From IMG/VR virus record IMGVR_UViG_3300046318_000318: 64,000 nucleotides of DNA; one strand, written 5' to 3'. The position numbers were made by a program, and so were the translations under genes. The DNA comes from a virus. Lineage: Duplodnaviria; Caudoviricetes. The notes under the pieces were generated by a model, which was not told the DNA's origin, did no database searches, and saw nothing but the letters and a program-made list of their open reading frames with translations. Shown piece after piece: positions 39,440 to 48,648 of this stretch. Each line of letters starts with the position of its first letter. Within the stretch, counting starts at the first letter, position 1.

Positions 39440-39760
39440 CTTTCCAGCAGGACAATGACCTGTAAAGTCCAGTTCATAACCTTTGCCGGGGGTAATATTC
39501 ACTGTTGGATATCTCCATCCAACAGCGCGACCATAGTGGTCGCGAAAGAAGACATGTGCCCCCAGCTGTCGCTGGGTGTTGTATCGGGTCCACTCCGACC
39601 TGTCGATCAGGTAGACGTCGGCCGTCCCGCCATCGGGGAGTGATAAGCTACACTCCCCGCTACCGTCGTCAACCCCACCCCAATCTTCGCCGTCGTCCCA
39701 CTCCTCGGCAAATGACGAGAAGAATGGAACTGTAATTTTTATGTTAGAATTTGCGTACAT
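39437..39760 (-). CDS. Accessory hypothetical protein (107 aa) with an acidic N-terminal patch
   Basis: AGGAG RBS; GC-rich relative to its neighbours. Confidence 0.7.
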   Translation of the reverse strand: MYANSNIKITVPFFSSFAEEWDDGEDWGGVDDGSGECSLSLPDGGTADVYLIDRSEWTRYNTQRQLGAHVFFRDHYGRAVGWRYPTVNITPGKGYELDFTGHCPAGK

Positions 39761-39896
39761 GACTATCTCCTGTTAACCTGTATTCACGATATGCGAACTT
39801 GAACAGGCTAATAATCCCTTTTTGCTGGCCAAGCGTCAGGGCAGGTTTTGGCCCAACTATTTATTTAAAGAGGTTAGTTGTCAACCTCTTGGGAAG

Positions 39897-39983
39897 TCAG
39901 CGACGTGTCGTCACTGCTTCCCAAATGATGAAAGGCGTTGTGATCGCCGCAAAGGCGATCACTGCAATGTCAATCATATCCAT
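39897..39983 (-). CDS. Unannotated 28-aa single-helix membrane peptide MDMIDIAVIAFAAITTPFIIWEAVTTRR
   Basis: Hand-translated; GAGGAG RBS; first ORF behind leader copy C. Confidence 0.65.
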   Translation of the reverse strand: MDMIDIAVIAFAAITTPFIIWEAVTTRR

Positions 39984-40066
39984 AATGTACTCCTCAGCTG
40001 ATAGCTAGATCAAAAACAATCTATTAAACTACAGCTATACATCAAGTTAAGTATATATGACTGAAA
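39984..40066 (-). promoter_or_regulatory. Repeated promoter-like motif plus structured leader, copy C
   Basis: TTTCAGTCATATATACTTAACTTGAT...GTTTAA-TAGATT(GTTTTT)GATCTA-GCTATCAGCTGAGGAG; nearly identical to copy D. Confidence 0.7.
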
Positions 40067-40078
40067 TCTTTTACAAGG

Positions 40079-40252
40079 TCAAGAAAGCACTCTAGCTTCT
40101 CTCACAGAAGATATCATCCTATACCCACCCATGCGCAAAGGTTTGGTAGGTTCTGTATAGATCTCCAGAACTTTATCTTCCTTCTTGGCCTGCTCGATAA
40201 GCTCACTCACCACTTTTTCAAACTCTTCACGGGTCTTGATATTTTCAAACAT
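40079..40252 (-). CDS. Unannotated 57-aa hypothetical protein (MFENIKTREEFEKVVSELIEQ...)
   Basis: Hand-translated; AAGGA RBS just after the SbcC stop; falls below the 60-aa ORF cutoff. Confidence 0.55.
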   Translation of the reverse strand: MFENIKTREEFEKVVSELIEQAKKEDKVLEIYTEPTKPLRMGGYRMISSVREARVLS

Positions 40253-40263
40253 GATTCTTTCCT

Positions 40264-42762
40264 TTACATTAAAGCAGGTTCAGTAAAATCTACACAGTTG
40301 TTATACCCACAACCTTTAGGTATCACCACGTTGTTAGGACATAGTACCACCACGTCTGCATTGGCTATACTGCCATAGCTGTCTTCATAATGGGATATTA
40401 GAAAGACTTGACTATGATTAGAGTTAGTCATCAGGTCAGTTACGGTGTTGAAAGCTGACTTTCTGTGAGCAGAATCCATGTTAACGGAAAACTCATCTAA
40501 GAACAAAGGTGCCTTATCCAGCTTTAGGTATTTCATAGACACTCTCATGAAAGCCATGTCTATCACTTCCTTCATAGCAGATGATCCCAGACTTACATCA
40601 GAGATATCGTTCTTATCATTGACTTTGACTTGAAACTTATAATCAAGTTCTAATTCATCGTCTAGTTGAAAGACAGGTTGTATCTCAAGAGGATATAACC
40701 AGACTTTCTTGATAATAGCGTTCATCTGTATAACGAAATGATTGATGAAGTTAATCAACCCTTTAGCGATAAGTCCTTCAGTAGGACTTAACTCTTTGAG
40801 CATGATCTTATACACTTCAGCCTGTTCTTGATACTCAGCTATCTGTTTCTCTATAGAGGTAAGCAGAGCTGCTTGGATATCTATCCTGGACACCATCTGA
40901 GTCAAACTAGCCAGTTCAGACTTAACCAACCTGATACAAGAAGTTATAAAATCTTGGCTAATAGTTTTCTCTATGTCTCTTACAGCTGAGCTATGGGCTG
41001 TCTGTAGATTAAACAGCTCTTGTTTCTTGAGATCTAGATTTTCTACGATGGCTATAGACTTAAGTAAGGATTGTTCTTTTACTTTGCTTCTTCTGATTTT
41101 TACCTGATAGTCCTGAGCAGACAGTTCTAATTTAGCATACTTGATCTTAAGGGCGGATAGGTCGTTACTTTGATTCTCAGCTGTGATCTGTTTGATCTTA
41201 GATAATTCAGCTAACTTATCTATAGAGAGATTGAGTTGTTTCTGTTTGTCCAGTTCCTGACTGTATGTCTGGATCATCTGTCTTACGCCTATAGGAGCCG
41301 TTCTCAGAGAACCATAAGACATGATGTGTTTCCACATGCTGTCTAAAGCTTCTACTTGTGTCATGAGTTTAAGAAACTGACTCATCAAAGTTAGATATTC
41401 AAACTGTTCAGCTTTTACACTCTCTAACAATTTAATCTGAAGTTCCAACACAGGTATGTCTTTATCCAATATTTCTCTGGATCTCAAACATTCATCATAC
41501 AGAGACTGAGAGAAACCTTTGAACCAAGTATGTTTACAGTTAGGGCAGCTAACTTCGTTATGTTGTTTAGCGTGGTCGTACTCCTTTAACTGAGTAAAGA
41601 GTTTATCAGAAGCAAATCTGGTGTTGTTAAGCTTCAGATTAAGATCTGCCAAAGCCTGAACATTACTCTGATAGCTTTCTTTTGTGTAACCTTTGTTAGC
41701 ATGCTTATACATCTCTGTCAGATACTCATCTAACTGAGGTTTAACAGAAGATAAAGCAGCAGATACAACATCAGGGTTTTTAACAATAGGGAAACTCAGT
41801 TGTTTATGCAACTGATCTATTTCATCTTGTATAGACTTAAGGCTCACATCTAGATCTTGAAAAGAAGCTAAGTTGTTCTGTTCCAACATGGATATAGACT
41901 TGCTCTGTTCATCCATCTCTTGATAGACCTTATGCAGAAGAGTCTCTAAAGACTTGATATCTGATTTAACAAATAACAAATCATCGAGTATTTCTTGCTT
42001 ACCCACATAGTTTTCTGGATTAATAAACTTGTTTCTATCTTGAACAGTATCTGTAGCTGCTTTCCTAAGTTTGAGCTGTATGGTATCAAAATCAGAAAGT
42101 GTGCTTGCCTTTAAGATAGACTGATCTGTTTGAGAAAGCAATCCGTCTAAGAACATGTTCAAATGACGTATGTCTTCTCTGTATTTGATATGCTCTTGCT
42201 CATTAGGCAGCTTGTTAGTCTCCTGCACTAATCTAGCTTGCTGTAGTTTGACAGCTCCTTGTATATCTCGGTACTGTTCTTTAAGCTTGTTGTAGAAACC
42301 TATAGCAAAGGTGTAATCACAATCAGCTATCTGGGTAAACCACTTTCTTCTCTCAGCCACAGACATCTTACTGAACTTAACTCTACCTGTCATAAGCCCA
42401 TGTACATCTGGAGTGATGTTAAACTCTTTTCTGACAAGTTCTTTAAACACAGTTACTGTGTGTCCAGGATTAAGCTCTTCCCCATCTTTACAAAAAGAAA
42501 ACTTATTACCCAGAGCTGTGAAGTCACTCTTTAAGGTATAGGTGCTTCCGTTGTGCTGGTAGGTTATATGTTTGTAACCTGACTTCTTATACTCAGAAGC
42601 TTCAGCAGGCAGAGGGCTCAATTCTTTAATCAAGCTGCTTTTACCAGATCCGTTACTACCAAGAATCAGCTGTATTTTTTTATCTGGGCTGTATTTGAAA
42701 TACTCTATAGAGTTCAAAGACATTCTCTCGTAGCCTTTAATCACCACTTCTTTTATCTGCAT
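40264..42762 (-). CDS. sbcC: SbcC/Rad50-like SMC ATPase (phiKZ gp165-like)
   Basis: Walker A GSNGSGKSS, long coiled coil, Zn-hook CPNC, Walker B LFLDEFSVNMD. Confidence 0.88.
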   Translation of the reverse strand: MQIKEVVIKGYERMSLNSIEYFKYSPDKKIQLILGSNGSGKSSLIKELSPLPAEASEYKKSGYKHITYQHNGSTYTLKSDFTALGNKFSFCKDGEELNPGHTVTVFKELVRKEFNITPDVHGLMTGRVKFSKMSVAERRKWFTQIADCDYTFAIGFYNKLKEQYRDIQGAVKLQQARLVQETNKLPNEQEHIKYREDIRHLNMFLDGLLSQTDQSILKASTLSDFDTIQLKLRKAATDTVQDRNKFINPENYVGKQEILDDLLFVKSDIKSLETLLHKVYQEMDEQSKSISMLEQNNLASFQDLDVSLKSIQDEIDQLHKQLSFPIVKNPDVVSAALSSVKPQLDEYLTEMYKHANKGYTKESYQSNVQALADLNLKLNNTRFASDKLFTQLKEYDHAKQHNEVSCPNCKHTWFKGFSQSLYDECLRSREILDKDIPVLELQIKLLESVKAEQFEYLTLMSQFLKLMTQVEALDSMWKHIMSYGSLRTAPIGVRQMIQTYSQELDKQKQLNLSIDKLAELSKIKQITAENQSNDLSALKIKYAKLELSAQDYQVKIRRSKVKEQSLLKSIAIVENLDLKKQELFNLQTAHSSAVRDIEKTISQDFITSCIRLVKSELASLTQMVSRIDIQAALLTSIEKQIAEYQEQAEVYKIMLKELSPTEGLIAKGLINFINHFVIQMNAIIKKVWLYPLEIQPVFQLDDELELDYKFQVKVNDKNDISDVSLGSSAMKEVIDMAFMRVSMKYLKLDKAPLFLDEFSVNMDSAHRKSAFNTVTDLMTNSNHSQVFLISHYEDSYGSIANADVVVLCPNNVVIPKGCGYNNCVDFTEPALM

Positions 42763-42851
42763 GTCTATCCTTTTAGGCTTTATACATCTGATTTATCTGA
42801 GTCTTAAAGAAATATCAGAGTTTATTTTGTGATGTTAAACAAGGATTTAAA

Positions 42852-43721
42852 ATGATAACTGAGTCAAAGTTAAAACTGTACTCTCTGGGCATCGTAGTGC
42901 AAACTAAGCCAGATGACACAGATATGATAAAAGTAGTCCCTATAGAAGAATACTCTTATGTAGACGGTAAACTGTCTGAACATAAAGAAGAGTTCAAAGC
43001 TGACTACAAAGATATGTCAGGTACTATAAAGAAAGCATCTGCTGAAAGTTCAGTGATCATAGAAGCCAGATGGTTTCCTTTTGCACATAGTAACCGCATC
43101 ACATCTCCTGATGTGGTAGTGAACGAAACAGTGATTATCTTTAGCTATGCCGATACAGATAAGTACTATTGGACGACTATCTATAGAGAACCTAAACTAA
43201 GAAGACTAGAAAGAGTTTTATACGCTTTCAGTAATCTGGCTACAGGTATAACCAAGAGAGCTTTTGATAAGCTATCTAGTTACTGGTATGAGGTAAGTAC
43301 TAAAGACAAACATATTTGGTTAAAGACTACGAAGTCTGATGGTGAACCTTTTGAGTATGATGTGAAGATAGATACCAGAAAGGGTTATGTAGAGGTAAAG
43401 GATGATGTGGGTAACTACTATGTGTTGGACAGCCCTAGTAACACCATCACTATAAATGCCTTAGAGAAGATACATCTTAAAGCTCCGTTTATACACTTTG
43501 AAGCAAGCGAAAGAGTATTAACCACAGCTCCTAAGATAGATGAGAAAGGTGATGAGATCACTGAGACTGCTGGTGGTGGTATCACCAATACTGCCGGTGG
43601 GACAATTACTGAAAGAGCCGGTAAAGTGTTGTGTGACACACCTATAGTGGAAAACACAGGTGAGGAATATACAGCTGGAGCTTCTAGAGCTAATCCGCAT
43701 ATCTGCGCAGTAGACTGCTAA
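42852..43721 (+). CDS. Baseplate central spike (gpV/gp5-like; phiKZ gp164-like)
   Basis: OB-fold-like N-terminus, beta-helix-like C-terminus (ITETAGGGITNTAGGTITERAG), terminal HICAVDC. Confidence 0.65.
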   Translation: MITESKLKLYSLGIVVQTKPDDTDMIKVVPIEEYSYVDGKLSEHKEEFKADYKDMSGTIKKASAESSVIIEARWFPFAHSNRITSPDVVVNETVIIFSYADTDKYYWTTIYREPKLRRLERVLYAFSNLATGITKRAFDKLSSYWYEVSTKDKHIWLKTTKSDGEPFEYDVKIDTRKGYVEVKDDVGNYYVLDSPSNTITINALEKIHLKAPFIHFEASERVLTTAPKIDEKGDEITETAGGGITNTAGGTITERAGKVLCDTPIVENTGEEYTAGASRANPHICAVDC

Positions 43722-43769
43722 ACAAAAAAAAATAACACCCCCGGCCTGTGAGGGCTAGGGGTGTTATTC
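43722..43769. terminator. Repeated bidirectional terminator hairpin (family copy 3)
   Basis: A-run + taacacccccggcc-tgtgag-ggctaggggtgtta. Confidence 0.75.
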
Positions 43770-43970
43770 TCACGAAAACGCCAGATAGGGTTTTCGTGAA
43801 AAGACCCGGACCCCGTCCTCGCGGACGAAACTCCAGGTTTTCCTAACCATACACTTTTTGTACCGGGTTTCCCCGGTTTTAATGCTTTTGCTCATCCGCG
43901 CAGCTGCGCGGAGAGCGTACCCCGCAGCATAAAATGCTGCGGTGGTTTCACGACGGGTCATGTGTTCCAT
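43770..43970 (-). CDS. Accessory small basic protein (66 aa)
   Basis: GAGGAG RBS; lies in a leader/terminator cassette; Arg/Lys-rich. Confidence 0.7.
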   Translation of the reverse strand: MEHMTRRETTAAFYAAGYALRAAARMSKSIKTGETRYKKCMVRKTWSFVREDGVRVFSRKPYLAFS

Positions 43971-44053
43971 AATACACTCCTCAGCTGATAGCTAGATCAA
44001 AAGCAATCTATTAAACTACAGCTATGTATCAAGTTAAGTATATGTGATTGAAA
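43971..44053 (-). promoter_or_regulatory. Repeated promoter-like motif plus structured leader, copy D
   Basis: TTTCAATCACATATACTTAACTTGAT...GTTTAA-TAGATT(GCTTTT)GATCTA. Confidence 0.7.
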
Positions 44054-44113
44054 TCTTTTATAAGCCGAATAAAAAACTCTATACCAGCCTAGGCTGGTAT
44101 AGAGTAATTCTTT

Positions 44114-46291
44114 TTAACCGTACAGGTAAACTGCACCGTAACCAGCTTGAGCTATAGGAGTAGCTGTCTTGGTTAAACCAGGATCTCTACCCCAAGCACC
44201 CACAGCCATCTCTTTAAGATCATCAGAAAGAGATACCTCGACACCAAACTTTTCGTTGTTGCCGATAGCTGAGTCAGGGAATACACGAGCTACTTCAGTC
44301 CACATACCAGTGACATCACTCTTCTTGAAGATATAAAGCATGCCTGCATCAGTACCTTTGGTGTCTTCATATTCAGCACCTACAGCGATGGTCTTACCGT
44401 TAGGAGAAACCCACACACTTCTACCGAAATGAGAATACTGACGCTGTCCGCTAGGGGTCAATTTCTGACCTCTGACATAGGCACCGTTGATATAGTCCCA
44501 AAGCTCTACATATCCATAACCATCACTATACTGGATATTTTTAGCAGCCATTTGGTCGGTTATCCATGTATTTGTATTAGGAGCTAATACACCGCGACAA
44601 GCAGCAGCTAACAACTTACCGTCCGAAGACATGTTCTGAACAGAGTTACCTAAATGACCGTAATGATCAGAGTGCCTGGGTGTAGAACTCTTCAACGTTT
44701 GGATCAAAGTAAACTGACCAGAGCCATTGTCTTTATACACATGCAAGGCACCCATCCAAGACACAGGGTATTGAGTTGGATTTGTATATGTAGCGGACTC
44801 ATCTAAAGTATCAAAAACAGAAATGGTTCTGCCATCTCTAGATATAGATACACTACCTGTGTTCTCAAGTGTATTAGGTATAGTGAGTGTTTGGCTCAAT
44901 ACCCAATCAGAGGCTGTCTTTCTATAAACCAAAGCTCTAGCGTTAGTACCAGCTGTGTTAAAGATCCAAGGTGTGTTCCATCTCTGTTTATAAGCTGCGC
45001 CATAAAAGCTATCAGCTATAACCAATACAGCGCCATCACCAGAAATCTTCACATCTGCATCTAGGGGGTATTCTTTAAAGTTGCTATTCAGGGAAATAGT
45101 TTTGTTCAAAGACCACGTATTGGAACCTGACACTCTGTTATAGATCTCTACAGCTGTGGTGCCATCTAAGTTAGCAGATTGTGAGACAGGCGTGGAATAA
45201 GAGAAATTAGCTTGAGTAAACTCAGAACCATAGAACTTATGCTCACCCAAAGTCAACACACCACCATCATAGCTAAGAGAAGCTTTGATAGCGCCTGATG
45301 TACCGGTGGGTCTTTGTATACGCTGTACATGAGACCAGGTACCACCTGACTTCACATACATATCAGCATAGTCACCACCAGACTCATGGTTACGATTAGC
45401 AGCTAAGTTAACATCACGTTTGTTACTGGTGGTTACCATGACTTGTCCGTCACCAGACAAAACCACGTTAGCACCATAGCCCTCACCAGCAGATGCAGTA
45501 TAACCTGCTTTGCTATTAGCTGTAACTATTTGCTTCTCTGTTATGGGAAGAAAAATAGTCTTGGTGGAGAACTGAACAATATCGCTATAACCAGATGCAC
45601 CAGAGTTAACACCTGTGTGTTTAGCTCTTACATAGTAAGTGGCATTCTCAGACAAACCTGTTACAGTCCAACTGATCTTATTAGCGCTGCTATTAATAGC
45701 TTCGCCAATCAACGTGTTAAAGTTGATATCACTAGATACTTGCCAAGATGAGGAGCTGTGAGTATCTGTGCCACCCACCACATCAAAAGGAGCAGTTACA
45801 AAAGTAACATCCCCACCCAGATTGTTGGATAGATTAACAGGAGATTGAATAACAGGTTTGTTAATCAAAGTCTGACCAACAGCTATATCAAACACTCGGT
45901 CGTTGATCCTAAAGCCTGCGATGCCATTAGCACCAGGTGCTGTATAGGTGATCACATCTTCTACACGACTTACAGTACCAGTTATGGCAGAGATACTGTA
46001 ACTGGTAAATGTATCATAGTTGGTGATGGTGTAAGTAGCTACCTGATTGGAGTTCAATAGAACAGGACCTTGGATACTGATAGTATCAGCATCTATAAGG
46101 TCTATAGGTAATCTACCCAAAGCGTCTAGACCGGCGATACCCCCAGGCCGATTGATCATCGACCTGTGGATACCACCAAGATTTTGCACAGCTGTTAAGT
46201 CTGTAGTGGCGTCAGTGCCGCCTTCATTGATACCCAGGACTCTGTCCAGAGCCCCGAGGTTCGCTGAAGGTCCTTGCAAATTACGAGGCAT
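44114..46291 (-). CDS. Tail-fibre/adhesin-like virion protein: FnIII/Ig-like domain plus FG-GAP-like beta-propeller
   Basis: YGANVVLSGDG, HFGRSVWVSPNGKTIAVGA...AGMLYIF and KFGVEVSLSDD...AVGAW repeats; TYYVRAKH FnIII strand. Confidence 0.6.
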   Translation of the reverse strand: MPRNLQGPSANLGALDRVLGINEGGTDATTDLTAVQNLGGIHRSMINRPGGIAGLDALGRLPIDLIDADTISIQGPVLLNSNQVATYTITNYDTFTSYSISAITGTVSRVEDVITYTAPGANGIAGFRINDRVFDIAVGQTLINKPVIQSPVNLSNNLGGDVTFVTAPFDVVGGTDTHSSSSWQVSSDINFNTLIGEAINSSANKISWTVTGLSENATYYVRAKHTGVNSGASGYSDIVQFSTKTIFLPITEKQIVTANSKAGYTASAGEGYGANVVLSGDGQVMVTTSNKRDVNLAANRNHESGGDYADMYVKSGGTWSHVQRIQRPTGTSGAIKASLSYDGGVLTLGEHKFYGSEFTQANFSYSTPVSQSANLDGTTAVEIYNRVSGSNTWSLNKTISLNSNFKEYPLDADVKISGDGAVLVIADSFYGAAYKQRWNTPWIFNTAGTNARALVYRKTASDWVLSQTLTIPNTLENTGSVSISRDGRTISVFDTLDESATYTNPTQYPVSWMGALHVYKDNGSGQFTLIQTLKSSTPRHSDHYGHLGNSVQNMSSDGKLLAAACRGVLAPNTNTWITDQMAAKNIQYSDGYGYVELWDYINGAYVRGQKLTPSGQRQYSHFGRSVWVSPNGKTIAVGAEYEDTKGTDAGMLYIFKKSDVTGMWTEVARVFPDSAIGNNEKFGVEVSLSDDLKEMAVGAWGRDPGLTKTATPIAQAGYGAVYLYG

Positions 46292-46306
46292 GGACCTACT
46301 CCTTTA

Positions 46307-46633
46307 TCAAACAGCTTTTTCTAAACCGTGTACACGAATAGACACGTTGCTAGAACTGGCTTGGAAGAACATCTTCTCGCCAGGACTCATAGTCATACAG
46401 CTACGTTCAACGATGCCGCCGTCCTGAGGGATCTTGGCATTGAAGTCAACGAAGTCAGCAGGAGATGGAGTTTCACTTGTGGTGATAGCCACTTTAAGGA
46501 ACACGTCTACTGTGTCCATGTTCAAAGCGTTATAACTGGCAGTAGTGAACACCACACCAGTAGAAGGTACTTCATACACCTTCACAAAGTTGTTAGCTAT
46601 AGCCATAGCTTTACCAAGCAAACCGTTTGCCAT
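46307..46633 (-). CDS. Small virion/tail-fibre-associated hypothetical protein (108 aa)
   Basis: AGGAG RBS; beta-rich; directly upstream of the fibre-like gene. Confidence 0.6.
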   Translation of the reverse strand: MANGLLGKAMAIANNFVKVYEVPSTGVVFTTASYNALNMDTVDVFLKVAITTSETPSPADFVDFNAKIPQDGGIVERSCMTMSPGEKMFFQASSSNVSIRVHGLEKAV

Positions 46634-46658
46634 AATAAACTCCTGATCTCAAAAAATG

Positions 46659-47336
46659 TTAGGGTGTGTTAAACTGATTAAAAAACATAACCAGTTGTCT
46701 GAGAGTGATGTACTTCTCTACTGGAGCAGCAGACAATACTTCGGCATCGGAAGCCACAGGTAAGTTTTGAACATTACCCAAACCCACTACGATCTTATCT
46801 GGTGCTGGTCTGTTAAGAATCTGAGTGGCGATACCATTAATAGCCGTAATCAGTTCTAGATGTCCGTAAACATAATCTAAGTTCTGATCGTGGTTAATAG
46901 GTGGAAAAGCACTGGGTTTGTCTGTGACGACATCCCAGACTGTGGTTCTTGGGTTATAGGCCATAGTGGCCAATCTCTCAAGAACATAATTATAATTAGC
47001 TGTCCATTCACCGCCGATAGTCTGATACGTTACTCGTAGAGTGCCGTTGGGGAAGTCAGTGTTAAAACTGATGCCGCCATACAGCATTTTTCCGATAGAT
47101 CTAGCCGCTCCTATATACGGTAGAGTAAGCATGTAATGCTGGTTCTCTACCATAGGTGTAATCACACCACCTGGACCCTCGTGTGAAACACTGAGATTAT
47201 CCAGATAAAATGGTGCGAAATTAGGGATTATGATCCTATAACGCGAATTGTTGACTTCGGTAAAAGTGTGTAGCTCATTAACGATTTTGTTACTGAGCAA
47301 TAGGCCAGTCGTGTCTAAAGGGTACGTTGACGGCAT
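46659..47336 (-). CDS. Conserved phiKZ-like virion protein (start probably ATG 47336, MPSTYPLDTTG)
   Basis: The YPLDxTG N-terminus is recalled from phiKZ-like tail proteins. Confidence 0.55.
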   Translation of the reverse strand: MPSTYPLDTTGLLLSNKIVNELHTFTEVNNSRYRIIIPNFAPFYLDNLSVSHEGPGGVITPMVENQHYMLTLPYIGAARSIGKMLYGGISFNTDFPNGTLRVTYQTIGGEWTANYNYVLERLATMAYNPRTTVWDVVTDKPSAFPPINHDQNLDYVYGHLELITAINGIATQILNRPAPDKIVVGLGNVQNLPVASDAEVLSAAPVEKYITLRQLVMFFNQFNTP

Positions 47337-47366
47337 AAAAGTTCTTCCTGAAGTTGACCATCCGAT

Positions 47367-48638
47367 TTGGAGAAACAAGAAATGTACAGCTACGTAAAAG
47401 CGGTGTGTTTAGCACGCACTGCCGGATCACAATGGATAGAGCAGAATATATCGAACCATGTTGTGTTCTCTATCTACGACACTTTCGCTAAGGTGTACAT
47501 CGAATTGAGCTTACCAGCTCTTCCTCAGAATATATACATCGACCTAGACACACTCAGATCAGAGTTTTCCAGCTTTGCTGGAACTCTGAATGAAATGCTT
47601 GTTTTATTAGGATCTAGAACATTAGAAACTGTTCCTCAGTTCCCTAACACAGAAGTTAAGTTTGTGAAGTATTGTGATGCGGTTCGAGCCAGATATAAAA
47701 TAGATATCTGTAGAATAGGCGTCAATCTTCCTGCAAATTACCCTGCAGAAGATAAACCTGATTTGGTTTTGACCAGACCTATTTATAGCACAGACATGTC
47801 TCTCATTCACAGCCACTGTTTAGTGACTGTGAATGGATTTGTGCATATGACTGATACTGACGGTGAAAAAGCTTACGTGGTAGATGGCGGTAAAACACTT
47901 CAACACTCACGTATGAATAAACTAGGCATCATCAGTTTTCTAGATGTGGGTAGACTCACCAAGATAAAACTGAACCCAGGTAACATCATACCTCAAACCC
48001 CCTCTGGTAACTTGGTAGATAGAACATTCTTTAGTGTAGATGCGGATTTAACTAGAAAGTCTTGCATACTTATACTGGGTGGGTACATAGTCATGCCTGA
48101 GCAAGGAGTCTTCTGGCAAACAGGTACCAATACTTTTGCTTTAGATTGGACCAAGATACCTCATATTGAACGTATCTATGAATCAGGCAAGACTTTGAAT
48201 CTGAGTTCTTTAAACCTAAATGCAGATCTCCTCAACCCTAATCTGTTTAGTTTACCAGAGATGATCAGCAATACCACACTAACTAAGTACATGACTTTAA
48301 GTCAAAGCTTTTTAGTGGTAGTGGATAAAGAGTTCTTAGTGACTAAGAAGATACCTATAAAGCATTCTAATATGCCAGGTATGTTCATAGCTTATCAAGA
48401 TCCTTCTTATCCTCTATTTGTGGGACATGGTAAGATCGCTGAGTATTGGAAAACACATGAAGGTGATAATCAGAGATGGGCCGTTACAGTAGCCGATAGC
48501 TATTATCAGAATTTCATTATCTCTCAACAGAACACAACCAACCTGAACTTAGTTAACAACAACGAAGTTAATCAAAGAAGTTTTTATAACTCCAGAGGTA
48601 ACATGTTAGAGATATCTGGTTACAACCTCACACCTTAA
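47367..48638 (+). CDS. Conserved phiKZ-like virion protein (start may be MYSYVK at 47382)
   Basis: Long ORF divergent from 46659..47336. Confidence 0.6.
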   Translation: MEKQEMYSYVKAVCLARTAGSQWIEQNISNHVVFSIYDTFAKVYIELSLPALPQNIYIDLDTLRSEFSSFAGTLNEMLVLLGSRTLETVPQFPNTEVKFVKYCDAVRARYKIDICRIGVNLPANYPAEDKPDLVLTRPIYSTDMSLIHSHCLVTVNGFVHMTDTDGEKAYVVDGGKTLQHSRMNKLGIISFLDVGRLTKIKLNPGNIIPQTPSGNLVDRTFFSVDADLTRKSCILILGGYIVMPEQGVFWQTGTNTFALDWTKIPHIERIYESGKTLNLSSLNLNADLLNPNLFSLPEMISNTTLTKYMTLSQSFLVVVDKEFLVTKKIPIKHSNMPGMFIAYQDPSYPLFVGHGKIAEYWKTHEGDNQRWAVTVADSYYQNFIISQQNTTNLNLVNNNEVNQRSFYNSRGNMLEISGYNLTP

Positions 48639-48648
48639 GAGAAACAAA

